Positions 15,999 to 22,616 of a stretch of DNA of 33,796 nt are shown here, one piece after another. The position numbers and the translations under genes were made by a program. The stretch is from assembly GCA_964463605.1 (NCBI GenBank), contig CAYXBZ010000004.1, forward strand, positions 1-33,796, read 5' to 3'. The notes below the pieces were generated by a model, which saw only the letters and a list, made by a program, of their open reading frames with translations, was not told the DNA's origin and did not search any database. The first letter of the stretch is position 1; each line of letters begins with the position of its first letter. This DNA comes from an uncultured Pseudomonadales bacterium (lineage in GTDB: Bacteria > Patescibacteriota > Microgenomatia > UBA1400 > PJMF01).

Positions 15999-16277
15999 AG
16001 CAACCTTTCGCTAGTAATCGATAATAAATAATTTTTTTCTGTGAATAAATATAATTCTTAATATTTCAACTTTGAATTAATTTCTTGTATTAATTCGTCG
16101 TATAGTCGTATATCAGTTTGATGTTATTTTCTCTAATTTTCTATAGATGTCAATGATTACTTATTAGTTATTAGTATTTATAACTAATAACTATAAGGAT
16201 TGCAAGGGTTTACAGGGCAGGAAATAATTAATTATGCAATAATCACAAGAAAGAGGTCGTTATGAAAAGAAGTTTTA

Positions 16278-16499
16278 TTACTTCTTTGGCCAGAGTTGCT
16301 CTCCTGTTTCTTGATCAGTAATCTTTATTGCGCCTGTTGGACAACTCTGGGCAGCCAACAACTGAGCATCTTGATCGTCTCCAGCTTGATCAACAACCAA
16401 AGCCACGTCATCTTCAAGTTTAAAAGTTTTGGGAGCAATTCCAATACAACTGGCAGCTCCAATGCACTTATCTTTGTCAACTGATATTTTATATTTCAT
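16278..16499 (-). CDS. Small single-cluster ferredoxin
   Basis: 73 aa. KCIGAASCIGIAP...AAQSCPTGAIKI shows the Cys pattern of small [3Fe-4S]/[4Fe-4S] ferredoxins. Confidence 0.85.
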   Translation of the reverse strand: MKYKISVDKDKCIGAASCIGIAPKTFKLEDDVALVVDQAGDDQDAQLLAAQSCPTGAIKITDQETGEQLWPKK

Positions 16500-16516
16500 A
16501 CTTTTTTATAATTAAT

Positions 16517-16531
16517 TTCGCAAATTAGTAA
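16517..16531 (-). promoter_or_regulatory. Shared 15-nt upstream motif TTACTAATTTGCGAA, copy B
   Basis: Identical to 1358-1372. It lies 17 nt upstream of the ferredoxin ATG, in the same orientation. Confidence 0.35.
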
Positions 16532-16586
16532 TGGTGTTAGATATGAGTTCATTTCTAAGTAGGAGCTAAGCATCATCAGAAAAAAA

Positions 16587-17297
16587 TTAAAAAAACTTTT
16601 CGTGATGAATTTTCTTTGGGTCAACCCCTCTATCTATAAGCAATTTTTTAACATCATCGATCATGGCCTTTCCCCCACACAAATAGTAGCCAGCATTTGG
16701 AGGAAGATCATGCACTTGTAAACAGTTGGTGACTCTTCCTCTACAAAGACTCCATTCTTTTTCCGCTTTCGAAAGGGTTGGATGAAACTTGAAATTAGGG
16801 AATGTTTTCGCCCATCGAGAGAACTCGTCTTGCCAAACTAAGTGCGCTGCATAACGCAATCCCCAATACAAAGTGATTGGGCGCTTGTCATCTTTATTCT
16901 TTAGCTGATCAACAACCATACTGTGTAGGGGTGCCACTCCAGAGCCAGTACCTACAAGCACCAAAGATTCTTCGTCTGCACCATCTTCAATCACAAATCT
17001 GCCCATAGGTCCATGAAAGCTAACTTCTTCGCCCAGCTTCAAATTTTGCAGATATTTCACCCCGATACCTTGTGGGTCTGTATCAAGTAGAATCTCAATT
17101 CCATGATCTATGTCTGGATCGCTGCAAATAGAGTAAGCTCGCCTAACCCCATCATCATTAACTTTTATGGAAACAAACTGCCCTGCCTTAAAGTTTATCC
17201 TAAAGGGATTTTTTAACTCAAAATGAAGATGGGTAAACTTCTCGTTGTAAACCTCTACATTTTCAAAAATTGCGGTATATTCTTGTGGTCTTTGCAT
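16587..17297 (-). CDS. FNR/Fre-type FAD- and NAD(P)H-binding oxidoreductase (ferredoxin reductase-like)
   Basis: 236 aa. Has the RAYSICS (RxYS FAD motif) and GTGSGVAP (NAD(P)-binding) motifs, and a C-terminal aromatic end (HHEKFF). It is adjacent to the ferredoxin gene. Confidence 0.8.
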   Translation of the reverse strand: MQRPQEYTAIFENVEVYNEKFTHLHFELKNPFRINFKAGQFVSIKVNDDGVRRAYSICSDPDIDHGIEILLDTDPQGIGVKYLQNLKLGEEVSFHGPMGRFVIEDGADEESLVLVGTGSGVAPLHSMVVDQLKNKDDKRPITLYWGLRYAAHLVWQDEFSRWAKTFPNFKFHPTLSKAEKEWSLCRGRVTNCLQVHDLPPNAGYYLCGGKAMIDDVKKLLIDRGVDPKKIHHEKFF

Positions 17298-17368
17298 ATG
17301 AATTAATAGAGATAAATAAATAAAATAATATTTAACGCAAATCTTGTAGTTTCTTATAGTGTGTCACT

Positions 17369-17962
17369 CTAGAGTGAAATGTCAAGTTGTTGTTGCCAAT
17401 CTCTTCCATACCACTGGCCAATTGCCAATCGAACTATTGCTGTATACATTTGTGTGCGATCAACATATTTGTTTGTCATCACTCCAACAAGACCTTCCTG
17501 AGTTTTTACAGATCGACCATCAAAGTATCTTGAAAGAGCTGGTCCCATTTCAGCTCCATCAATGATTTCATCAGCAAGAAATTTTGGGATCAAAAATCTT
17601 CCACCATTAGCTAAAAAAAGATTTTTATCTTGATCAATAAGAGCTACCCAAACCGTTTCCCACATCTGTTTTTCTCCTTGACTGCATTCAAAAGTTACGC
17701 CACCTTCCAAACCTATTCCCAAATAAGTTTGTGAAGAATCGATTTCTTTGTACTCATTTTTTAAACTTTTTATTCCTTGTTGGTAAGCATTGGTTGCTCG
17801 ATTAATGGCGCCTTGCTTTGTTTCCTCATCAGACATTGGTTGATCACTCACGCCACTTGAAACACTTAGGCCAATTACCTTGATTTTTTTAAAAGGAGAA
17901 GATAATGCTTTGCGTGTAGCATTGATCTTAACAGGGTTAGTAGAACCAACAAAAACGATCAC
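17369..17962 (-). CDS. yjjX: Inosine/xanthosine triphosphatase (YjjX / DUF84 family)
   Basis: Carries VGSTNPVKINA, SGVSDQPMSDEET and MGPALSRY...EGLVGVMT, collinear with E. coli YjjX as I recall it. GTG start. Confidence 0.8.
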   Translation of the reverse strand: MIVFVGSTNPVKINATRKALSSPFKKIKVIGLSVSSGVSDQPMSDEETKQGAINRATNAYQQGIKSLKNEYKEIDSSQTYLGIGLEGGVTFECSQGEKQMWETVWVALIDQDKNLFLANGGRFLIPKFLADEIIDGAEMGPALSRYFDGRSVKTQEGLVGVMTNKYVDRTQMYTAIVRLAIGQWYGRDWQQQLDISL

Positions 17963-18023
17963 TTAATCAAGTATCCGCAACTATTATTAATAAATTAGCT
18001 GACTATGATAACTATAATTTTTT

Positions 18024-18377
18024 CTAAACTATAGGCTCAGTAGCAGGAGGTAAACCATACTCATTCTCACCCTCATCTCCTGAAGTAGCCAATAATATAA
18101 TCAACCAAATTATACCAATCAATGGGATGAGTGATACCAACATCATCCACCCGCTTTTACCAATGTCGTGGAGTCTTCTCACTCCAACAGCTAAACTTGG
18201 CAATAACACTGCTAAGCTGTACAAAGAGCTTAAACTAGACATTCTCATCATATTTCCCACAATCGACACACCCACTGAAACAAGAAGATTGATTAAAAAA
18301 AACATCCAGTACTCTCTTCGGCTAGCTCTTCCAGAAAAGTCTGAATATTTTTTCAAAACTGAAATATACCATTCCAT
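18024..18377 (-). CDS. DUF805-domain inner-membrane protein
   Basis: The GRASRREYWMFFLINLLV and RRLHDIGKSGW motifs are typical of DUF805 (the YhaH/YhaI family). SD AAAGGA. Confidence 0.8.
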   Translation of the reverse strand: MEWYISVLKKYSDFSGRASRREYWMFFLINLLVSVGVSIVGNMMRMSSLSSLYSLAVLLPSLAVGVRRLHDIGKSGWMMLVSLIPLIGIIWLIILLATSGDEGENEYGLPPATEPIV

Positions 18378-18442
18378 AGTATCCTTTCATTAATTAATTC
18401 GCTAATTAATATATCATCATCTATCGAACAAAGTTTTTAACA

Positions 18443-19711
18443 TTAACTTAAATATCGATCAAGATGAGTTACAACTTCAACTAGTTTGTCGATATCTTCA
18501 TGACAGGAATAAACTCCAAAACTAATTCTCACAGTTGCCGGCCAACAACAATGACTATGAAGTGGCATACAGCAGTGATGGCCGGACCTCACCGCGATGT
18601 GGTGATGATCTAATATCTGTGCCACATCATGAGCTTGATATTTGTGATGAGCAAAGGATACGGGACCTAATCTCCCAATCTGATGCTCATTAGATTCATT
18701 TGCTTTAGTTGATCCGCAAATCTTAAGATCTTCAACTGCGTTGAGCTTCTCAAGAGTATATTTAGCTAAATCCTGCTCATGTTTAAGCACTTCATCCATA
18801 CCGATTGCTGTTAAATAATCACATGCCACAGCCAATCCAACTGCCGAAGCCACGTCTGCTGTACCAGCAACAAATCTCTGTCTTGGATCAAGCTGAAAGG
18901 TAGATGATTGCGAATTAACTTGATCGATCATTCCTCCACCAAACAGCCATGGCCTCATTTCATTTTCCATCAAAATCTTTTCTTTAACCAATAGACCACC
19001 TACTCCCATCGGGCCATACATTTTGTGCCCACTAAAAGCAAAAAAATCTATCTCTAATTGATCAAAATTTATCTTGATTCTTCCAGCAGACTGAGCTCCA
19101 TCGATTAAGATTTTTGTTTTGGGGGACACTTTTTTAACTATTTTAACTAAGGCTTGAAGATCTTGATAACTTCCCGTTACATTTGAAAGGTGGGTTATTG
19201 CCAACAACTTTGGAGTGTGCTGCTTTAGCTGTTGTTGTAAATCAACTTGATTTATTTGCCCATCTGAAGTCAAGTTGACTAGTTTCAACTTCGCATTTTT
19301 TTCTGCGCATACTTGTTGCCAAACAACAAGATTTGAGTGATGTTCAAGTGAAGTAGAGAGAATAACATCATCGGTTTCAAGCTGGTGTCTTGCCCAACCC
19401 AAAGCAACGCCGTTAATCGCCTCGGTAGTGTTTCGAGTGAGAATAAGTTCTTGATCTTTGGCTCCAAAGAATGAGGCTATAGTTTTCCTTGATTGTTCAA
19501 AAATTTCAGCGCTTTTTGATGCTAGAGAGTGAACGCTTCGTCCGGCATTGGCATTGTGCTGCAGATAATAATCACTAATTGCTGAGATGACTATTTGCGG
19601 TTTATGAGTGGTGGCAGCATTATCCAAATAAACTAAATCAGAGTGGGGAGGTTGAGAAAAAAGCGGAAAATCTTTTTTGATTAAAAGTGAGTTAAGCATA
19701 GCAGTTGCCAC
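18443..19711 (-). CDS. sufS: Cysteine desulfurase, SufS/class V aminotransferase
   Basis: Has FSGHKMYGPMGVGGL (PLP lysine) and RSGHHCCMP (active-site Cys loop). The start is either the GTG at 19711, directly abutting the Nudix stop, or the ATG at 19699. Confidence 0.9.
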   Translation of the reverse strand: MATAMLNSLLIKKDFPLFSQPPHSDLVYLDNAATTHKPQIVISAISDYYLQHNANAGRSVHSLASKSAEIFEQSRKTIASFFGAKDQELILTRNTTEAINGVALGWARHQLETDDVILSTSLEHHSNLVVWQQVCAEKNAKLKLVNLTSDGQINQVDLQQQLKQHTPKLLAITHLSNVTGSYQDLQALVKIVKKVSPKTKILIDGAQSAGRIKINFDQLEIDFFAFSGHKMYGPMGVGGLLVKEKILMENEMRPWLFGGGMIDQVNSQSSTFQLDPRQRFVAGTADVASAVGLAVACDYLTAIGMDEVLKHEQDLAKYTLEKLNAVEDLKICGSTKANESNEHQIGRLGPVSFAHHKYQAHDVAQILDHHHIAVRSGHHCCMPLHSHCCWPATVRISFGVYSCHEDIDKLVEVVTHLDRYLS

Positions 19712-20215
19712 CTAGCTTAAAGCTTGACGAATAATGGCAGTTTCATAGTCACGCTCTGGACCACCAAAATCATATTGATCTAGTTGGTCAAGAGTGATCC
19801 ACTTATAATCGACATGTTCACTAGAGATGCTTACCGGTGGCAAATGGTTATGATTGGCAAATTCCTTACCCAATGATACTATCCAGCCGCAGTTCACTGA
19901 ATACAGTTGGCGCTCATACTCAAAATATGTCGCAAAGTATGCTAATTTGGTGATATCAAACTCAACTGGAGCAATTTCAATACCCGTTTCTTCTTTGATT
20001 TCTCTGGAAATATCGACCTGATGTGGATTAATTTGATTTGAGTTAAGAGAATTTGGCCACTCGCAGTTTCCTCCCGGAAGATCCCATTTCCCAGGCCTTG
20101 AGGTAGCATCTTCGGCTCGCTTGAGAATTAGCACCTTGTCGTTTGCAACCAGAGCAACTTTATGAAGAAGTTTAACGTTTTCTGTGAGTTGATGCTTGAT
20201 ATTAAGTGATGGCAT
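19712..20215 (-). CDS. NUDIX hydrolase
   Basis: The Nudix box is recognisable: GKWDLPGGNCEW...(insert)...REIKEETGIE. Confidence 0.85.
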   Translation of the reverse strand: MPSLNIKHQLTENVKLLHKVALVANDKVLILKRAEDATSRPGKWDLPGGNCEWPNSLNSNQINPHQVDISREIKEETGIEIAPVEFDITKLAYFATYFEYERQLYSVNCGWIVSLGKEFANHNHLPPVSISSEHVDYKWITLDQLDQYDFGGPERDYETAIIRQALS

Positions 20216-20222
20216 ACTGCCA

Positions 20223-20231
20223 ATTGTAGCA
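20223..20231 (-). promoter_or_regulatory. Extended -10 promoter box TGCTACAAT
   Basis: The minus strand reads TGTGCTACAAT-TGGCAGT-ATG. This is a TGn-extended -10 box 7 nt from the Nudix ATG with no SD, which suggests a leaderless transcript. Confidence 0.5.
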
Positions 20232-20259
20232 CAAAGCTCTTCAAGTTCAGATAAAATTT

Positions 20260-20850
20260 CTAGATTAATGCCATTTGCACACCGGCGTTTTTTTGAGGAG
20301 TAAAGCTAAAATCAACTTTGCACTCTATTAATCTGTTCCACTTGTTGCGAAAGGTTACTTTGCCATGCTTCATCCCATAATCATAGATGTCACGAGTCAC
20401 CTTCACGTCTTGTAAACAATACTTTTCAAGCTCATCTAGCTGTCGATTTTGATAGTATTTAATTGCATCCAAACCATCACCAATCTTACCCGTGCCCAAT
20501 GTTTCCTTCGCCACACTATCAAGTTTAATTCTATGACCAAAACTTTCCTTAATTCGATCCATTAAGTCAAGAGTAGGAATAGAGTCTATCTCTCCGGTGT
20601 AATAAGGAGCTAGTGCGGGCATATCAAAGCCATCAATGTTATAGCCAACTACAACATCGGCTTTTTCGAGTAAGGGAAACAAGTTGGGCAAATCTTCTTC
20701 GAAGTACGAGTGCATCTCGCCAGTACTTCCAAACTGCTCTCTAACATTTACTCCAACAAACGATACTCCCAATCTGTCGGGAAAGTAACCGCCCACTTCT
20801 CCAAAAGTTTGTTTAGTTTCGACATCTAAAATCACCTGCAACATACACAA
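20260..20850 (-). CDS. DEDDy-type 3'-5' exonuclease / RNase H-like domain protein (PolB-exo-like)
   Basis: Exo motifs are LDVETK (DxE), VGYNIDGFDMPAL (NxxxFD) and YCLQDVKVTRDIY (YxxxD). The likely start is the ATG at 20844. Confidence 0.7.
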   Translation of the reverse strand: MCMLQVILDVETKQTFGEVGGYFPDRLGVSFVGVNVREQFGSTGEMHSYFEEDLPNLFPLLEKADVVVGYNIDGFDMPALAPYYTGEIDSIPTLDLMDRIKESFGHRIKLDSVAKETLGTGKIGDGLDAIKYYQNRQLDELEKYCLQDVKVTRDIYDYGMKHGKVTFRNKWNRLIECKVDFSFTPQKNAGVQMALI

Positions 20851-20928
20851 TTTTAAGTAAATAAGTGTGTGTCTGTTCTATCAAAAAGAAGAATGAAGTT
20901 CTAGAGTTGAATTGACGCAACAAATGGA

Positions 20929-21558
20929 TTATTTAGCTTGAAGAAAAAGTTCTTCAACTTTTGACCAGTTGATCACTGCCCAAAAATTATCCAAATACTC
21001 TGCTCTGCGATTTTGGTACTTGAGGTAATAGGCGTGCTCCCAAACATCAACCGTTAATAGTGGCTTCAAGCCTTCGGATAGGGGTGAGTCTTGATTTGAA
21101 GTTGAGATAATTTGCAACTGATTGCTAGCATCTAAGACCAACCAACCCCATCCTGATCCAAACTGACCTGCGGCTGTCTGAGAAAACTCATCCTGAAATT
21201 TCTTAAAGCCCCATTTGCTTTCAATTGCATTGGCCAACTCGCCCTGTGGCTGATTATTCTGTTGCTCAGTTTCACTCAACTTTGCGACTGGTCTCAAAAG
21301 TTGCCAAAATAGAGAGTGATTAGAATGACCCCCTCCATTGTTAATAACCAACTGCCTTATCTCTTGCGGGATCTCCTTCAAATTCATCAACAACTCGTCA
21401 ACAGTTTTTTGCTGCAAGTTCGAGTAACCTTCAAGAGCAGCATTGAGTTTATCAACATATCCTTGGTGATGCTTTGAGTGATGCAGCTCCATGGTGCGTT
21501 GATCAATATATGGTTCAAGTGAATCGTAATTATATGGCAGTTTTGGTAAAGTGTGCAT
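20929..21558 (-). CDS. sodA: Fe/Mn superoxide dismutase
   Basis: Contains LPKLPYNYDSLEPYIDQRTMELHHSKHH and DVWEHAYYLKYQNRR, which are canonical. Strong SD AAGGAGG. Metal specificity cannot be determined from the sequence. Confidence 0.95.
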   Translation of the reverse strand: MHTLPKLPYNYDSLEPYIDQRTMELHHSKHHQGYVDKLNAALEGYSNLQQKTVDELLMNLKEIPQEIRQLVINNGGGHSNHSLFWQLLRPVAKLSETEQQNNQPQGELANAIESKWGFKKFQDEFSQTAAGQFGSGWGWLVLDASNQLQIISTSNQDSPLSEGLKPLLTVDVWEHAYYLKYQNRRAEYLDNFWAVINWSKVEELFLQAK

Positions 21559-21652
21559 TTAGCCTCCTTAATAACTAATTCTTTAACTTCAACAATGAAA
21601 ATCATATCAAAGAAGTACTACTACAACCGTAAGTTTTATTACAACGCTGTTC

Positions 21653-22519
21653 TCAGCCTAAGGAGCTAGAGTTTTTACCCGCCTCATTGGCAATTCTCAT
21701 CAACTCAATCACTCGATCTTTAAAGGTTGTTTGAATAAAGTTGGTTATTGCGTCTACATCTAGACCTTTCTCAACTTGTTTTAAACTGCCCAAATCCTCC
21801 CACAGAGCCGGCCCTACCACAAATCCCGACGCTCCGTTTTCCAGACACACCCTAAGCTGTTGTTTAAAATCATCATAATTCTGACGATCATTAATCAAAA
21901 TCCAGGGTATATCTAATTCTGCAGTGAGAGTAGCTACCGATAAAGGATCAACTGGATTTTGCAAAGCAATAACATCGGTCATTTTTGATAACTCTTGAAC
22001 TGCCACCAACTGATCATCAGCAAATGTTTCGGTTAGGTAGTTTCCTCCTTCTCTGTTATAAAGTTCCAACTTAAGCAACAGATGCATATCTAAGTAGTCA
22101 CAATAGTCATAAATTTCGGCTAAAAGCTGCTTTTTTTTCAAAGAACTTTCTTCTTGCGGATGATACATCAACTCAAATTTGGCCAAACTATAGTTATTAC
22201 TGATTTCCTCTAGTCCATAATCCGGAATAAGTTGGGGAGGAGTAAGAGGATCAACTTCTTCTGTTAAAGTGTTAAGTCTAGTGATGCAACCATTATTTTG
22301 AGAATATCTTGAGGCAGAAAAGCTATAAATTGGATCAATCACCAATCCCGTAAGATGCTGAGAGCCAACTTGACCCATTAAATCAAGAAAAGACTGAATT
22401 ATCTCAACATTGTCAGGCATTGTAATATCAAGGCCCAGCTTTTTTGCCAAAAATGGAGCAACGTCAAGTTCAAGCAAACCAATCATCTTTTTCTCGGATT
22501 GAATAGTGGGCAGAAGCAT
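21653..22519 (-). CDS. DeoC/LacD-family class I aldolase-like TIM-barrel protein (divergent)
   Basis: By-eye collinearity with tagatose-bisphosphate aldolase LacD blocks. Pairs are LVIDPIYS~ILLDPEYG, LAKFELMY~AIKFLLYY, LLLKLELYN~FFLELLSYD and GFVVGPALW~GVLCGRATW. The assignment is tentative. Confidence 0.45.
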   Translation of the reverse strand: MLLPTIQSEKKMIGLLELDVAPFLAKKLGLDITMPDNVEIIQSFLDLMGQVGSQHLTGLVIDPIYSFSASRYSQNNGCITRLNTLTEEVDPLTPPQLIPDYGLEEISNNYSLAKFELMYHPQEESSLKKKQLLAEIYDYCDYLDMHLLLKLELYNREGGNYLTETFADDQLVAVQELSKMTDVIALQNPVDPLSVATLTAELDIPWILINDRQNYDDFKQQLRVCLENGASGFVVGPALWEDLGSLKQVEKGLDVDAITNFIQTTFKDRVIELMRIANEAGKNSSSLG

Positions 22520-22525
22520 ATTTTA

Positions 22526-22531
22526 AGTATA
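22526..22531 (-). promoter_or_regulatory. Candidate -10 box TATACT
   Basis: The minus strand reads GCATGTTGTATACT-TAAAAT-ATG, placing the box 6 nt upstream of the ATG at 22519. There is no SD. It sits immediately after the pnp terminator. Confidence 0.4.
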
Positions 22532-22544
22532 CAACATGCTTGAT

Positions 22545-22581
22545 AAAAAATGAGCTGGCGCAAAATTACTTTTGCGCCAGC
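22545..22581 (-). terminator. Rho-independent terminator of pnp
   Basis: Perfect 12-bp stem GCTGGCGCAAAA-GTAA-TTTTGCGCCAGC (22554-22581). On the minus strand it is followed by TCATTTTTTATC. It lies 35 nt after the pnp stop. Confidence 0.9.
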
Positions 22582-22616
22582 CCTATTTAATTCAAATGCA
22601 AAATAACAAACAGCTG

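Noticed and set aside
15999-16277. AT-rich 279-bp spacer considered as a replication origin or DUE.
   Set aside because: No TTATCCACA-type DnaA boxes were seen on either strand, no dnaA/dnaN is adjacent, and gene orientation does not switch here.
16262-16321. 19-codon plus-strand ORF (MKRSFITSLARVALLFLDQ) with a good SD (GAAAGAGG), antisense to the 3' end of the ferredoxin gene. I considered it as a type I toxin-like peptide.
   Set aside because: It is very short and overlaps a well-supported CDS, and it is not clearly a TM helix. There is no flanking promoter or antitoxin-RNA structure that I could define. Chance occurrence in AT-rich DNA is likely.
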